Positions 40,685 through 54,730 are shown, counted from the first letter of the whole stretch. The stretch: 63,920 bases of DNA, filler included, from Octopus bimaculoides (GCF_001194135.2; 4 parts of 4 records of this genome joined end to end with filler, not necessarily neighbours in it); one strand, 5' to 3'. Translations and numbers: made by a program. The notes: a model not told the origin generated them from the sequence alone.

Positions 40685-43600
40685 CAATCACACCATTGAA
40701 ATCTTGAAGCTACAAGATGATGCATGATTAATTCAAACCATTGTGAATAAAAAAGCATTACTTTTGACAGAGTAATCTGTATGCTAAAGGGTTAAACTGA
40801 ATCAGATTTAAATGGCAATAAGAAGGCATCTTTGGTTATTGGAAACAATAACAAGAATATAGGAAGCACATTGACAGAGTCATTAGAGCAACAGGTAAAC
40901 TGCCTTGTGATATTTGTTGTTATTCTTTGTGTTCTCAGTTCAAATCCCAACAGAGTCAACTCTGCCTTCATCCTCTTGAGGTCGATAAAACGAAGTACCA
41001 ATCCAAGGCAGTTTATTAGTGGATCTTAAAGAATGTTGGGACAGATGCCTTGTGGTATTTGTTCTAGTTCTTTGCAATCAATGTGCAAATCCTACCATGG
41101 CCTTCTTGGAGACTGACTGAATCTATCATCCAACTTAACACTACCACCTTGAGTGCCTTTAGCAAAGTCCACTCTGCTGCAAGAATTCAGACTGGGTCAG
41201 GAATGCCTTCTTACCCCAACTTCTTTCCACTAATCTTGAAGGCCTTGCAAAGGGTCATAAGCACTACCTTCCCTCTTGACTAAAAGATTAAAAATCAAAA
41301 AGGCCAGCATCATATCATTTCTGAGGCATAATTATTAAAATGAACATTTTTCATGCTATTAAACATATCTTCAGAGGTTATATTTACAAATTTAAATTTT
41401 CACTAATTTTGATTGATATCCTATCATTTTCATCAAGTATTGTGTCTTTTTTTTTTAGATATAGATGGATAAGGCTGACAGCATTCAGGAAATTTGCAAT
41501 ACATACGTAACAGAAGAATACTAGTGAAAATAATTACCACACTTCACAGATCTTTCCTTAATTTAAACCTTCTCAAGAAAAATAGGAACAGATGGTCTAA
41601 ATTATAACTTTAATACAGCGGAAAAGGTCTTATAAACATGTAACCCAAAGGTTAGAACATCAAACACACTGAGCAAAAAAAAAAAAAAAAAAAAAAGAGA
41701 TAATACCAAAATTAAGAATCGATAATCACTGTCCCTTATGTATTGAAAATTCTCTGAATTTTCCCAGCCAGACTCTTGTATAAAGATAAGAGTCATTGCA
41801 GAATTTGAGTTTAAGTTGTATTTTGTATTTAAGAGTGAGACTGTGCAGGAATGGTCGAGCATATATGGTGCAAGAAAGAAATCATAAACAACTGTGGAAT
41901 GATAATGCCATTACAAAGACAGATACAGAAGAAATTCAGAAAAATCCAAGAAACAATTGCAGAGAACATGTGAGACTGTGATTATAATGAAATATAGCTG
42001 CCATTATCGAGAGATGAATTTAAACAAAATCAAAATTGGAAAGATAAATACATATGCTCTGGATAAGAATGTTACAACCAATTGTTTAAAAAGACTCTTA
42101 GAATGTACCAAGCTTGGACAATGTACATATCATAAATCAGTGATTATCTTAGGCAAATGGTGCATTGCAATGCATAATTTAATCAATGCTATTGTTGTTA
42201 ATGAAGTGGGAATAATTATGAAAGTTCTCATTTAAAATTCATATGGAAGTAGGGTTTTATCAGTGACCAGAGTCACTGGAGTATAACAAAACTCTTGATA
42301 CTTGGTATAAATCCAGCTTGGACAATGTGCATATCTTAAACCAGTGATTATCTTAAACAAACGGTGCACCACATTCCATTATTTAATCACCTATCTCTAT
42401 CTTTCTGTTATTCTTTAACCTCTCAACTGGCACAATGCTACCTACCTCAATACAACTACCTCTTCTCAGCTGAAGGGGTCTTTCACTGGCAAGCTACCGG
42501 GTGACACCACTGGTGCTGGTGCCATGTTAAGAGCTAGTACACTCCGTGAAGTGGCTGGCAATAGGAAGGGTATCCTGCCATAGAAACTATACCAAAGCAG
42601 ACAACAGGGCCTGCAACAGTTCTCTGGTTTGCCAGTTCCTGTCAAACCATCCGACTCATGCCAGCATGGAAAATGGACATTAAAAACTGATGATGATGAG
42701 CAGAAGAGTTGCATTGGTTCCCAGATTACAGAAAGGTGGAAACATTTTTTTTTTTTTGACACTGCTGAAAAACTGATAGTAATAGTTTGTGGGTGTGTGT
42801 GTATTCTAAAATGGCTCTTCCATAATGTAGCCGTTTCTGTTTCAATACACAGTCTCAGATCAAGAAATTTTTCACAAACAAGTACAAGTCCAAAAACTGA
42901 GAGTGCTATACATAGAAGAGTTATAACAGTGCCATCTACAAAATGTAATAAAAAAAAAAGAAAAAGGCTAAGGGTGCCCACTACAAAACGAGCATGAGAA
43001 CAACTACAAATCATGAGACAAGGAAAAGTGGAATATAAAGATAATTATTAAAAGGTACACATACTATGAAGTTAAAAGTTTAGTTGGATAAAATGTGAAA
43101 CATAACTATTTACTTACAGACTTCAACAGATGGAAATGAAAATAGATGACAGAGAAAACTGAAGTGAAACTTTAAAAATGGTGAAATAAAAAAAAAAAAA
43201 GGTTACATGTATACATAGAAAAGTGAAAAAGAAAGCAAAAATGGAAAGAAAGAAACGATGAAATTTAAAAGATATGAAGGAGATGGATGTTTAAGAAAAA
43301 GAAAGAACGGTGACAAGAATGAAATGGAAAAGATGAAATATTGGAATTGGTAAATGATATGAGAAAAAAGTTAAAAACAAAAAGAGAATTAAATATGACA
43401 AGAATGGAATGAAAATAAAAAGATAGATTAGTAAGATTAAAATATTTCATTTACATATTTGGTTTCAAAGATTCTTGATGTGAACTCATGTCAAAACAAA
43501 TTTTATTGTATCTCAAGAGGCTCATTATGCTAATAATAAACACATGCACTGGTTCTATTTCACTTCTTATATCATTATTATTATTATTAGTTCTTTTACA

Positions 43601-44039
43601 TTTAACCAATTAACTCTTTGGTTAATTGATCAATCACCTCAGTAGATAGACAGACCTGAAGCAGAGAGGGTATGTTATTGGTGAGATCAAGAGTGGTGAT
43701 GAAAAGATGCTGGTGAACGTAACTGATTCACTAACTGACCAAATAATTAATCAAACGATCAATTAGTTAACCAATTGACTAATAATAATTCTCTCTAATT
43801 TCGAAACAAGGCCAGCAATTTCGAGGGGATGGAAAAGTCTATTACATCATCCCTAAAGCACAACTGGTACTTATTTTATCAACCCTGAAATGATGAAAAG
43901 TAAAGTCGACCTCAGGAACATTTGAACTCAGAAAAAATTCCCTAAACAATTTTGTCCATTGTCGTAAATAAAAGAGAAACTAGCAGAAAAGGGTCACAAG
44001 ATGAATTTTTCAAGCCAAACCAATTAGCAGGAAACCTAG

Positions 44040-44205
44040 TGGCAGACTAATATCCACAGTCTCAGTTGATCATACTTGGTAATCCAGCCAGGTGTAATGA
44101 TGGTTGCTTCTGGTTGGATCAAATGGTGGATAAACCAGAGGATTCTTCCCCTATGATCCTTCCAGGAATAGTGGGCAGAGAAGCTGAATGGGTGGCTGGA
44201 AATAG
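44040..44205 (+). repeat. Dispersed repeat, probable LINE/SINE 3' end; paralog at 54010-54192 ends in (GGAT)n
   Basis: Shared atccac/atagtctcagttg...ccaggaatagtg(g/a)gcagagaag blocks at both loci. Confidence 0.55.
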
Positions 44206-45012
44206 ATCCAGTACGTGTCATTATTTCTAGCATAATGATCCTCATGAGGTACAATAAGATAAAAACCTAAGACACCAAATTTTGAAGTACAATACAGAGA
44301 CAGTTTATTACAAAATGAAAAGAGAAAACAAAACACAATTCAAAGCACAGAGGGGCCAACAACATTGACTGGAAGCAGACACACATTGGTAAATGCAATG
44401 GAAGCACATCGAATATAAAATGTTTTGGTCTCTAAAATTTAAATACTGAAATTCTATTAACGTTACTGAACTCTTATGTGTATGTAAATATATATATATA
44501 CACACATATTTGCACACACATCTATCCACACATATAAGTTATTCATGTGTACATAGTCTATGTGTACAGGTGTACATATGCATGTATGTGTGTATGTATG
44601 TGTGTATGTATGTATGTATGTATGTATGTATGTATGTATGTATGCATGTATGTATGTATGTATGTACATACGTATGTATGTATGTATGTATATATGTATG
44701 TAAAGAAATGTAACCAAGTGGTCAGGGTGTGTAATCATTATTGCAAGATCAAGGCTTCAATTCCCAGATCAAAAATGTGTTGTGTTTCTTGAGCAAAAAC
44801 ACTTCATTTCATGTTACTGTAGTTCATTCAGTTGTAAATGGGTAAACTGCAATGGATTAGCATTCTATTCAGGAGAAATGTTAGCCTACCTGCCTAGCCA
44901 GCAGGGTGACATCATTTGAAAGCTACAACAATGTGAGGAAGCACATTGTGTCTAGTGGTGTATAGCATCCAATAGCTTGGTTACTACAATAATATATATA
45001 TATATATATGTG

Positions 45013-46238
45013 TGTGGGGAAGTCAAAAATTATCTACACTTTTGCCATAGCACATCTTTATTACTGCCACACTGCCTTCTGTGCATGCGTGTTTAGAATT
45101 GGTAGTATTTTGGTCATGTGATCAAAGTTCGAAGCTGGTTGCTACATTTTTCTTTCTGGTTTTACAGTGTAAGCATGGCCACTCTACTAGCAATGTGCAC
45201 CACAGAAGAACAAGGAACAGTGATCAGATTTCTATGGTCGAAAGGTGAAATTCCTCGGAGGCTTTTAGCACAATACGGGGACAGTGCACTACCACACAAA
45301 AATGAGTATGAGTGGACTGAGATGTTTAAAAGTGGCCGGACAAACGTGATGTACGAAGAGGGAGCAGGACATCCGTCAACCTCCACCACTGACAAGAAGA
45401 TTCAACAAGCTCAAAAGATGGTATTAGTGAACTGGCAAGTTATCATTGATGAGGTAGCTTGATCTCTGCAGGTTCTGCCTATCAAATTATCCATGATGAG
45501 ATCAGCTTCCATAAAGTCAGTGCAAGATGGGTGCCAAGTGAGCTTAATGCAAAGCACAAATGTCTTGAGGCCTGCTGTTTACTCAATCACTACAACAATG
45601 AGGGTGAGGAATTTTTGAGACAGAATCCAAGAGAGAGTATGGAGTGGAAACATCCTGGCTCACCAGCAACAAAGAAATTCAAGACTCAGTCTGCAGGAAA
45701 GGTGATACTAACCCTTTTTTTTGAGGACTCTAAAGAGCCTATACTGGAAGACATCCGAGGAAAGGGGTGTATGATCAACGGTGCAAGATACAATGCTTTG
45801 CTGGCCAATAGACTGAAGCCAGCAATTTGCACCAAATGCTGAAGCCTGTTGTCTTAAAAAGTTGCATAACAATGCATGCCCACACATGGCCACCCAGACC
45901 GTTGAAACCATTAACCAATTGGGTTATGAGGTGCTCAACACCCTGTTTACAGTTCATCTTGCTCCTTCCGATTATCATAGCTTTGGACCACTCAAAGATG
46001 GTTTATGAGGTTGTTGATTTCCTACAGATGAAGATGCGAAGGAAGCAGTGCATAAATGGTTGCACAATCAACAGCAAACTTCCTTCTTGGAGGGAATAAG
46101 CAAGCTTGTGGACCACTGGACTAAGTGCATCGAAAAGGAAGGAGACTATATAGAAAAATGATGTACTTGTTTATCCCCTGCTTTTGTGTAAATACATTAA
46201 AAAAACAAAAGTGCATATAATTTTTGACTCTCCCCTCA
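45013..46238 (+). mobile_element. Full-length but inactive mariner-family transposon (~1.23 kb), transposase pseudogene 45175-46161
   Basis: Imperfect TIRs tgtggggaagtcaaaaattatctacacttttg / caaaagtgcatataatttttgactctcccctca with a TA flank; motifs EEQGTVIRFLW, YEWTEMFKSGRT, HKVSARWVP, LAPSDYH.FGPLK, WTKCIEKEGDYIEK*; several stops and frameshifts; the D of LHDNARPH reads N. Confidence 0.92.
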
Positions 46239-46549
46239 TATGTATGCATGTATGTATGTATTTCTATGTGTAAGTAGAACTCATCTAAAATTTAAACACC
46301 CTACCAAATCTCAATGCCTAATTCTTATCCTACTTTCAGCATCTTTTGAAATGTTTTCTTGAATTTTTCCTAATCACTTAGCTTTCTTATTATTCTAATC
46401 CTCCTGCCAACCACAAAATCCCAGGCAAAAGATTTCACTATGTCAATGATAGCAAAACAGAGTTATTGTGTTTTTTTATTTATCATTTACAAACAACTTT
46501 AGCTGCTATTATTTCACTAAGTATATGATATATGTGGTTCTACATTCTG

Positions 46550-46838
46550 AAAGTGCATGGCTCAGTGGTTAGAGTGTCAGGCTTACAATCATCAGGTAGT
46601 GAGTTTGATTCCTGGACAGGGCTGTGTATTGCATTTTTGAGCAAGACACTTTAATTCATGTTGCTCCAGTTAACTCAGCTGTAGAAATGAGTTGCGACGT
46701 CACTGGTGCCAAGCTATATTGGCCTTTGCCTTTCCCTTGGATAACGTCCGTGGCATGGAGAGGGGAGGCTGGTATGCATGGGTGACTGTTGCTCTTCCAT
46801 AAACAACTTAGCCCAAATTTGTACCTCGGAGGGTAACT

Positions 46839-46842
<4 letters not shown>
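46550..46842 (+). mobile_element. tRNA-derived SINE family B copy
   Basis: A box tggctcagtggttaga, B box gagtttgattcc, central ttgagcaagacact...ttgctccagt..actcagctgtagaaatga; paralogs at 56160-56493 and 44718-44950. Confidence 0.8.
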
Positions 46843-46873
<31 letters not shown>

Positions 46874-46881
<8 letters not shown>

Positions 46882-47260
46882 ATAAGGGCATTACTATACA
46901 ATAACGCCTCATGCTAAGAGGGACTCTGTAATTCAAAATGCTCGCCTCTTTCATGGATATATAGGGATGAACAATCGCCAATGTACTATGCTGAATACAT
47001 GGAGTGTTCGTCAGGGTATGTTGATTTTTGTTTATTTTTATGCATCTTGACCATACGTGTACTGATGAATAAAAGATGCAGATTACTGCGTTGATTATGA
47101 AACCATTGGTTTACCGTTGAGTTAAAAGTTTTTAGGAGGTTAGCTTTGAGAGTTGCATTCCCTCATGATCAGTAAAAATGTGCTTATTTTGGTAGTTTTG
47201 ACTTATGGAGTCACTCTTAGCATGAGGCATTATTGTATAGTAATGCCCTTATATAAATTA
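46874..47260. mobile_element. MITE-like non-autonomous element with ~53-bp terminal inverted repeats
   Basis: 46874-46926 versus the reverse complement of 47208-47260: 51/53 identical, extending imperfectly ~12 bp inward; no ORF inside; TA-rich flanks make the TSD ambiguous. Confidence 0.85.
47055..47117 (+). ncRNA. Candidate type I hammerhead ribozyme inside the MITE-like element
   Basis: acgtgta CTGATGA ataa-aa-gatgcag-atta-ctgcgtt-ga-ttat GAAA ccattgg TT taccgt: intact core, 4+7-bp stem II, near-palindromic stem III, GUU triplet, 6-bp stem I with one bulge. Confidence 0.5.
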
Positions 47261-49172
47261 AATTATATATATTTATGGGAAAAAAATGATGGGTTTTTTT
47301 TTCCCTTGTGAGGTTTTTTCACGCTAACTACTTGATAAATTCTTATAAAGCCTTTATCCTATTATTGAATTATATATCATCATCATCATCATCGTTTAAC
47401 GTCCACTTTCCATGCTGGNNNNNNNNNNNNNNNNNNNNNNNNNNNNNNNNNNNNNNNNNNNNNNNNNNNNNNNNNNNNNNNNNNNNNNNNNNNNNNNNNN
47501 NNNNNNNNNNNNNNNNNNGATCTGGAAACAAAGGGACTTAAACATGATAACAAAATCAACTGCAGCGAGGTGGTGAAGGGGAAGTGCCACTAGGATCGGT
47601 CAGAACAATGAATTATTTAGTGAAAGTTCATAGGAGAAAGTTAAAAGGTTTGGTAAGGAACTGTGGAATGTTAGGATTGGTAGAGACTGTGTTGGGAGGT
47701 GGGAGCACTGCCACTTCCACCATTATTCACCAATATCTACAAAGCATAGGTGCCATATTTACAAGAACTGAGAGTATGTCTATAACTACATGTTTACAAA
47801 TACACATAATGCATACATTCATACATAAACATACACATACAGAAAGAGGCATATGTGTAGTGACCTAGCATCAGCATCATCATCATCACCACCATCATCA
47901 TCATTGTCATCATCATCGTCATCATCATTGTCATCATCATCGTCATCATCATTGTCATCATCATCGTCCCTGTAACTTAGCGGCTCGGCAAAAGAGAGTG
48001 ATAGAATTAGTACAAGGCTTCCAAAGAATAAGCTCTGGGATTGATTTGCTCGACTACTGGCAGTGCTCCAGCATGGTCACAGTCAAATGACTGAAACAAG
48101 TAAAAGAGTAAAAGAGAATAAAGTAGATATGGATTTTAAGATAAATAGATACATTGACAATGACACACAATACATCTGTACTTACTATATACACACATTT
48201 ACACACACACATTTACACACACACATTTACACACACACATTCTTACTTATATATACATAGACATATACATGTGCATCTATGTATATAAGTATGTATGAGT
48301 ATCTAGATACATATATACATATAGATATGAATGTATAAGTATATATACACACACACACATACATATATCTATATGTACATATATATATATGTGTGTGTGT
48401 ATATACATTCATATATATATATATATATATATATATCGTTTAACGTCCGCTTTCCATGCTATATATATATATATATAATCCCTGTTTTTTAATGCCTACT
48501 TTTCAGTACTTGCATGGTTCAGACAAGAATATGTTAGGGCAAAGGTTTTCTACAGCCAGATACCTTTTATGTAGCCAATCCCCACTTGTTTGCAAGCGAG
48601 GTAATAATCTGTGAGTCTATCAAACAACAAGCAGCCCTGACATGTTTATGCAGAGAACTGGAAACAAACAATGTTGTATGAATCAGTCTTTTGTTTACAA
48701 AGACCACGTAACATGTCAAGAAAATCCGAGGCTAACTCAAGTCAGTCGATAGCTCAGTCTGAACATTGATTCTCAAAGCCAACAGAAAATATGTAGAAGA
48801 ACTTTTAATTCTCCAAAACAAAACTGAGCTGAGCTGGCATGAACTCAGGGTTTAATTATACTAGCCTTCAAGAACATCTCATTATGCCCCGTTCACAATT
48901 CAAATGATTTCATTAACAATTTTATTTTTTTTATTCATCACCAACCCTATTTTTTTTTTTATTCTAACTTCCATTTTAAAAAAATCTCTAAGATTAAAAC
49001 ATTGAGATATTAAAATTATTTTTCATACTTATTCTTTTGTTGTTACTGAACTGACTAAATTTCCTATATGATAATGCTTCTATATACGTTATGATGATTA
49101 TTTTAAAACCTACTAAATTCTCACTATGTATTGTGTTTTCTTTTTGTTTTTTTTTAATTTCAGTGAATATAC

Positions 49173-49411
49173 CTTAACAATAACTTCATGGGGTTGCAGT
49201 GTAGGGGAGGCATTCTGGGTGAGGAGCACCTGCAACGATGTTGAAGAACGTGTTCGTGGCAGACCAGCTGCTGTGGCATGAAGTTTACTAGGATCGGCAT
49301 CGACAGAAGACTGCGTCTCAGGAAGGGATTTTTTCCGTCGCATCTTGGGGCTGTGGTTTGGTGCCATCAGACACTTATGTTCAGGAGGTGGACTTGTTCT
49401 GCTGTTTCTGC
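49173..49411 (-). CDS. PDZD8: PDZD8-like exon: low-complexity linker after C1 ((G)RNSRTSPPPEHKCLMAPNHSPKMRRKKSLPETQ...PHEVIVK)
   Basis: Acceptor ttatattttacag|, donor AAG|gtatat; phase 1 start matches the 51450 exon; open frame. Confidence 0.7.
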
Positions 49412-51449
49412 CTGTAAAATATAAATTTTAAAAATGTATAAGTTTTATTAAAGATTCAATTTTTTTTTTTTTTTTTTCAGATTATTATCTTTATAATTAG
49501 AATGAATACTGCAACAAGTCTCCTTTTTTACTTCTGTATTCTACAGATAACACTGTATCAAAATTTAAATCCTTTTATTTTTTTTATCTTTGGTCAGAGA
49601 ATGTTATTTCCTATTTGCTCTTATCTAGAAATCAAAGGAAATGACTGCTATTCCCTTCAAACTTTGTTTTTGTGATACTTGAGCATGTCCCTTAACAGCT
49701 GACAATATGTGCATCTCTGATAACGAGCAGGTGTAGTGGGGGAGCATCATAGCCAGTATTGAGAAGGATTCTTTGGTGGGTTTCAAGAAATGTAACAAAA
49801 GCAAAGTTTGAAGGAAATATTAACTATTTTTCATACTTTCTATGGATAAGCATATAGGAAATAACACTTGCTACTCTAGGACAAAAATTGTGTTACACAG
49901 TGTAAGCAATCCTGTATTCTTGAACCTTTTTCTCATTCCATACATACATTGGTTTGGTTGTTCCTTTTTCACATTTTGGAGAGGTGGGGTTTGCTTCAGA
50001 AACACCTCCATTTACAAGTTCTACTTTGTAACAAAACCCAGAGTGTCTACAAATCTGTGATTATTTTGCAGACTGCCTTTCTAGTTGTGGTGTGGTCATA
50101 AACTATGGATGCTCCAATATTCAGAGTCATAAAATGGAGTCATTTTTGTTCCTCAATACTTCTCTCACCAGCAACTAAAAGTATTACTTCTCCAAATTAT
50201 CTCCCCTTTCCTCCCTATTTTGGAATCTCTACAAATGAAATTTTGTCTTCAATTCAGTGTTAAAAGATGATGGTTTAAATATTTCTGTTCATGGATTCAG
50301 TTTCTGATATGAGACATTTACATTAACCAAGGATGATAATTGGGTAGATATGATAAACAACTAGGGTTCATACGGACCCTGGTAGTCCATATAAGATTTT
50401 ATGGGAGTCTACAGATGCAAAATAGTAAATTGGGGGCCCGCAGTAATTTTTCAGGGTCTATGAAAACTTTGTGCTTCAGACCAGTAAAGTTTATCTGCAA
50501 TAAATTGGATACACATCTACAAAATACAAACTGTTTTAACAATTTTTTATACCATTCCTAATGATATTAGATTATAAAAATGTAATAGGATCTTTTAAAC
50601 ATCAAAAGGTTATGGGGGATCCACCCAAGTAAAATATGAATTAAATGAGTCCATAAGTAAAAAATGGTTTGAGAACCCCTAATCTACAGCATATAATGGC
50701 ATGAGTTGTAGGAAATGACAACAAATAGGTTATTTGTGTCTTAAAGATATGATACACGTTGGATTATGCATTTATATTCAGTATTAAACCCATGGCCTTC
50801 AATAGACAAATCCCATGCAAGGTAGAAGATAAAGTGTTGCAACAGAAGAATGAAGAGACAGAAATTCTGCATTTCAGAAATGCAAAATGTGCTGCACAGA
50901 GATCTAAGATTCCTTGGAACTGTTTGAATCTATTTTGGTTAATTCCTGGATTTTAAATATGGTAGCCCAATACACCCAAGGAACATCTTCAGGTATCAAA
51001 ATGGGTAAATAACAATAACAGCAATAACACAAAAAAATAATAAATAAACAAATAAATAAATGGTAAATTGTGTGGAATATGAAGGAGTCTCTATGCAGTC
51101 ACTCAACCTGCTAAAAGTAGCTGCAATATCTCCCTCAAATCAGACCCTACAATCTTAAAAAGGAAATAACATGATGGAAAAAGTCGCTGTGAACACACTA
51201 AAAAATGGGATAGTCACAACTGGAATGCATTTGATCATAAGATCAAGTGGATCAAGGCTGACCAGGGGTTAAAGAACAAAAACAATAAGTCTTCACTAGT
51301 TGCTAATTTCCAGCACAGATCCTCAGTCAAAGTAATTAAGCATTTTTTTTTTAATATAATTTTTTTAAATTTACATTTATCATTAAAAAATGATAATTTA
51401 AAGGAGAAATAAATAATTCTATTTTTTTTAAAACTAAATTGAAAATTAC

Positions 51450-51622
51450 CCAGATTTTTCTTTCCAGTTGGTGCAGAATCTTTTCGGAATTTACTCAGTA
51501 AACCACCAGTTCTTGATGGAATGTCTTTTTCATCTTGGACTTTGTTTTTCTGATTCTCAGATTGTTGTGTTGTCATTGGTTTCCAGGGTTCATCAGGAAT
51601 GGCTCTGTTTCTTGGCCCCTCT
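51450..51622 (-). CDS. PDZD8: PDZD8-like exon ((R)EGPRNRAIPDEPWKPMTTQQ...SAPTGKKNL)
   Basis: Acceptor tttgtttcattcag|, donor G|gtaatt; phase 2 start completes CG|A (Arg) from the C1 exon; 57 open codons. Confidence 0.75.
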
Positions 51623-51683
51623 CTGAATGAAACAAAATATAAGAATATATATCGTTTAACATCCGTTTTCATGCTAGCATGGG

Positions 51684-51715
<32 letters not shown>

Positions 51716-52893
51716 NNNNNNNNNNNNNNNNNNNNNNNNNNNNNNNNNNNNNNNNNNNNNNNNNNNNNNNNNNNNNNNNNNNNNNNNNNNNNNNNNNNNN
51801 NNNNNNNNNNNNNNNNNNNNNNNNNNNNNNNNNNNNNNNNNNNNNNNNNNNNNNNNNNNNNNNNNNNNNNNNNNNNNNNNNNNNNNNNNNNNNNNNNNNN
51901 NNNNNNNNNNNNNNNNNNNNNNNNNNNNNNNNNNNNNNNNNNNNNNNNNNNNNNNNNNNNNNNNNNNNNNNNNNNNNNNNNNNNNNNNNNNNNNNNNNNN
52001 NNNNNNNNNNNNNNNNNNNNNNNNNNNNNNNNNNNNNNNNNNNNNNNNNNNNNNNNNNNNNNNNNNNNNNNNNNNNNNNNNNNNNNNNNNNNNNNNNNNN
52101 NNNNNNNNNNNNNNNNNNNNNNNNNNNNNNNNNNNNNNNNNNNNNNNNNNNNNNNNNNNNNNNNNNNNNNNNNNNNNNNNNNNNNNNNNNNNNNNNNNNN
52201 NNNNNNNNNNNNNNNNNNNNNNNNNNNNNNNNNNNNNNNNNNNNNNNNNNNNNNNNNNNNNNNNNNNNNNNNNNNNNNNNNNNNNNNNNNNNNNNNNNNN
52301 NNNNNNNNNNNNNNNNNNNNNNNNNNNNNNNNNNNNNNNNNNNNNNNNNTTACTTCCAATTTTCAATATTAGCAAGGATTAGAGATTTATATTATTGGAG
52401 CAGTGTTTTACAACAGGGTTCCCCCACATCATTAACCCTGATCTGTTTATCAAATAAAGGATTTCTTCTTCCTCACATTTTTGAAAGCACAAACCCAGTG
52501 AATGGTTAGTTGAGAGAGGGGAGACGACATTATCGTGGTCACTGCTTGTAAACTCAACAATTTTCGAAGACGCACAAATGAAAACAAAAAACATAGAAAA
52601 ATATATGCACATGTGATGAGCCTCTTTTAGCTTTTATCTATGAAATTCACTCTCAAGGATTTGGTTTGTTAAGGGCTTAAGTAGAAGAGACTTGCCCTCG
52701 GTACTACTACACAGCAGAATTTAAAGTGAAAACATATGACTAGGAATCAATCTTAACTACGTAGCCAAATATACTGAACATGGCTAGATTCTACATGTTA
52801 AAGGGCCAAGAAAGGGATGGAGAACTCTGTAGCTGTTTTTCTTCTTTCAGAAATTTGGAAGTCAGGGTTAAGTGACAAGAAACAGTGGTAAGA

Positions 52894-53130
52894 AAGGTGG
52901 CAATCTGGCAGAAACGTTACCCCGCCGGGCGAAATGCTTAGCGGTATTTCGTCTGCCGTTATGTTCCGAGTTCAAATTCCGCCAAGGTTGACTTTGCCTT
53001 TCATCGTTTTGGGGTCGATTAAATAAGTACCAGTTACGTACTGGGGTCGATACAATCGACTTAATCCGTTTGTCTGTCTTTGTTTGTCTCTTCTGTGTGT
53101 AGCCCCTTGTGGGCAGTAAATAAATAAGAA
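52894..53130 (+). mobile_element. SINE family D, near full length
   Basis: A-box-like tggcagaaacgtta, B box gagttcaaattcc, family body and A-rich end. Confidence 0.8.
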
Positions 53131-53527
53131 ACAGTGGTAAGAAACCTTCAAAAAGGCAAAACTTATCAGTTTGATCTTGAATACAAGTCGGTTGTAAGCT
53201 CTATGATTTAACCGCAGGAAAGTGTTTCACAGGCAGACTAAATTATATGCTTATCAAGCATGTGGTATATGACTTAATATACATGTTTGTTATTTCCTCA
53301 GTAAATCTCATATTTATGAAACTTTTTTGCCATTTAATAAATTAACAATGAATAATCTCTAATGCTCTTTTATTTCTCCTTTTTTTACTAGTATGGTTTT
53401 CATTTCAAGGTGTTGTTATTTAGGCATGGCCTGGACCAGAAATGGCCAAAAATTGAGCCAGGTTATCTAAGCTGTTGATTTAATTTCTTTCAAAATTATT
53501 GTGTAAAACATTAAAATGTTTACCTAC

Positions 53528-53622
53528 CGTGTGCACAATGTTTTCTCTTGGCACTTGTCTGTACATTTCTTGTGTACAATCATTCCACAAACATTACATT
53601 TAAACCCTCTTCCCATCCATAT
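53528..53622 (-). CDS. PDZD8: PDZD8-like exon: second half of the C1 zinc-binding domain (IWMGRGFKCNVCGMIVHKKCTDKCQEKTLCT)
   Basis: Acceptor tttttgcag|, donor CG|gtaggt; C-x2-C-x4-H-x2-C-x3-C-x5-C pattern; the IW...HKKC..KCQ..T.C wording resembles the PDZD8 C1 domain (recognised from memory, not a search). Confidence 0.85.
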
Positions 53623-54192
53623 CTGCAAAAATATTAACAAAAGAAACAAATTACAAGAAGAGCAAAATAAATAAAGATAAAAAATAGTAATAATCATAAA
53701 AATTTTTTTTTTAAATAGGTGCAAGAATTGCTCTGTAGTTAAGATGTTCACTTTGCAACCACATGGTTTCAAGTTCAGCCCCACTGTGCAGCACTTTGAG
53801 CAAGTGCCTTCTGCTATAGTCCTGGGTCATTCAATGCCTTATGAGTGGATTTGGTAGACAGAAGCTGTGTGAAAGCCTGGAAGCCAGGTCGAGCCATTGC
53901 TTCAGTACATTGAGAGGTTACAGTTCTAGTGCTACAGACATATTAGAATGTGACAGGAAAGAATCACAAGACAAATTCTTCAGGCTGAGCCAACCAGCAG
54001 GAGACTTTGGAGTAGACTAAAAATAAGATGGTTAAATAATAATCCATAGTCTCAGTTGGTCAAGCTTGAGAATCCAACAGGAAAGTCTCATCATGGTTGC
54101 TTTTGATAGAATACTTTGGAGAAGATGCTTGACGACTCTCCGCCCATGAACCTCCCAGGAATAGTGAGCAGAGAAGATGGATGGATGGATAG

Positions 54193-54251
<59 letters not shown>

Positions 54252-54730
54252 ACCCCTTTCCCCTACTGCTTGACAGCCAGTGTTAGTTTGTTTACATCCC
54301 TCTAACTTAGTGGTTTGGCAAAAGAGGCTGACAGAATACCATACTTAAATAAGTACTTCACTTAATTTCCATAAGATACCATAAGAGGCAACTCACATAA
54401 TTTAAGAACCAACTAAAAAAACAAAGAAGTGTCCACATGACCAGTCAACCGACTACAAACAGTTTCAAGTTTGTGGAGTGGTCTGTAATATGGTTTGTAA
54501 AATGAACATTACTGTTTATGATGAGTGGGATGGACAATGTCTCTGAAAGTGTGATCAACATTACTAACTGTAGTGGGGTGATTATTGCAATTAGTGAAAT
54601 GGACCTTATAATCTGTAATTAGTGAAATGGATCTACATCATGGTCAACTGCAGTTAATGGGTAGATATCACAATTTGAAATTGATGGGATGGATTGGACA
54701 GACTAGAATGTAGGACAGACATCAAAGGCT

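Noticed and set aside
42111-42368. Two ~60-bp similar blocks (agcttggacaatgt...tgattatctta...ggtgca)
   Set aside because: A small local duplication with no further structure.
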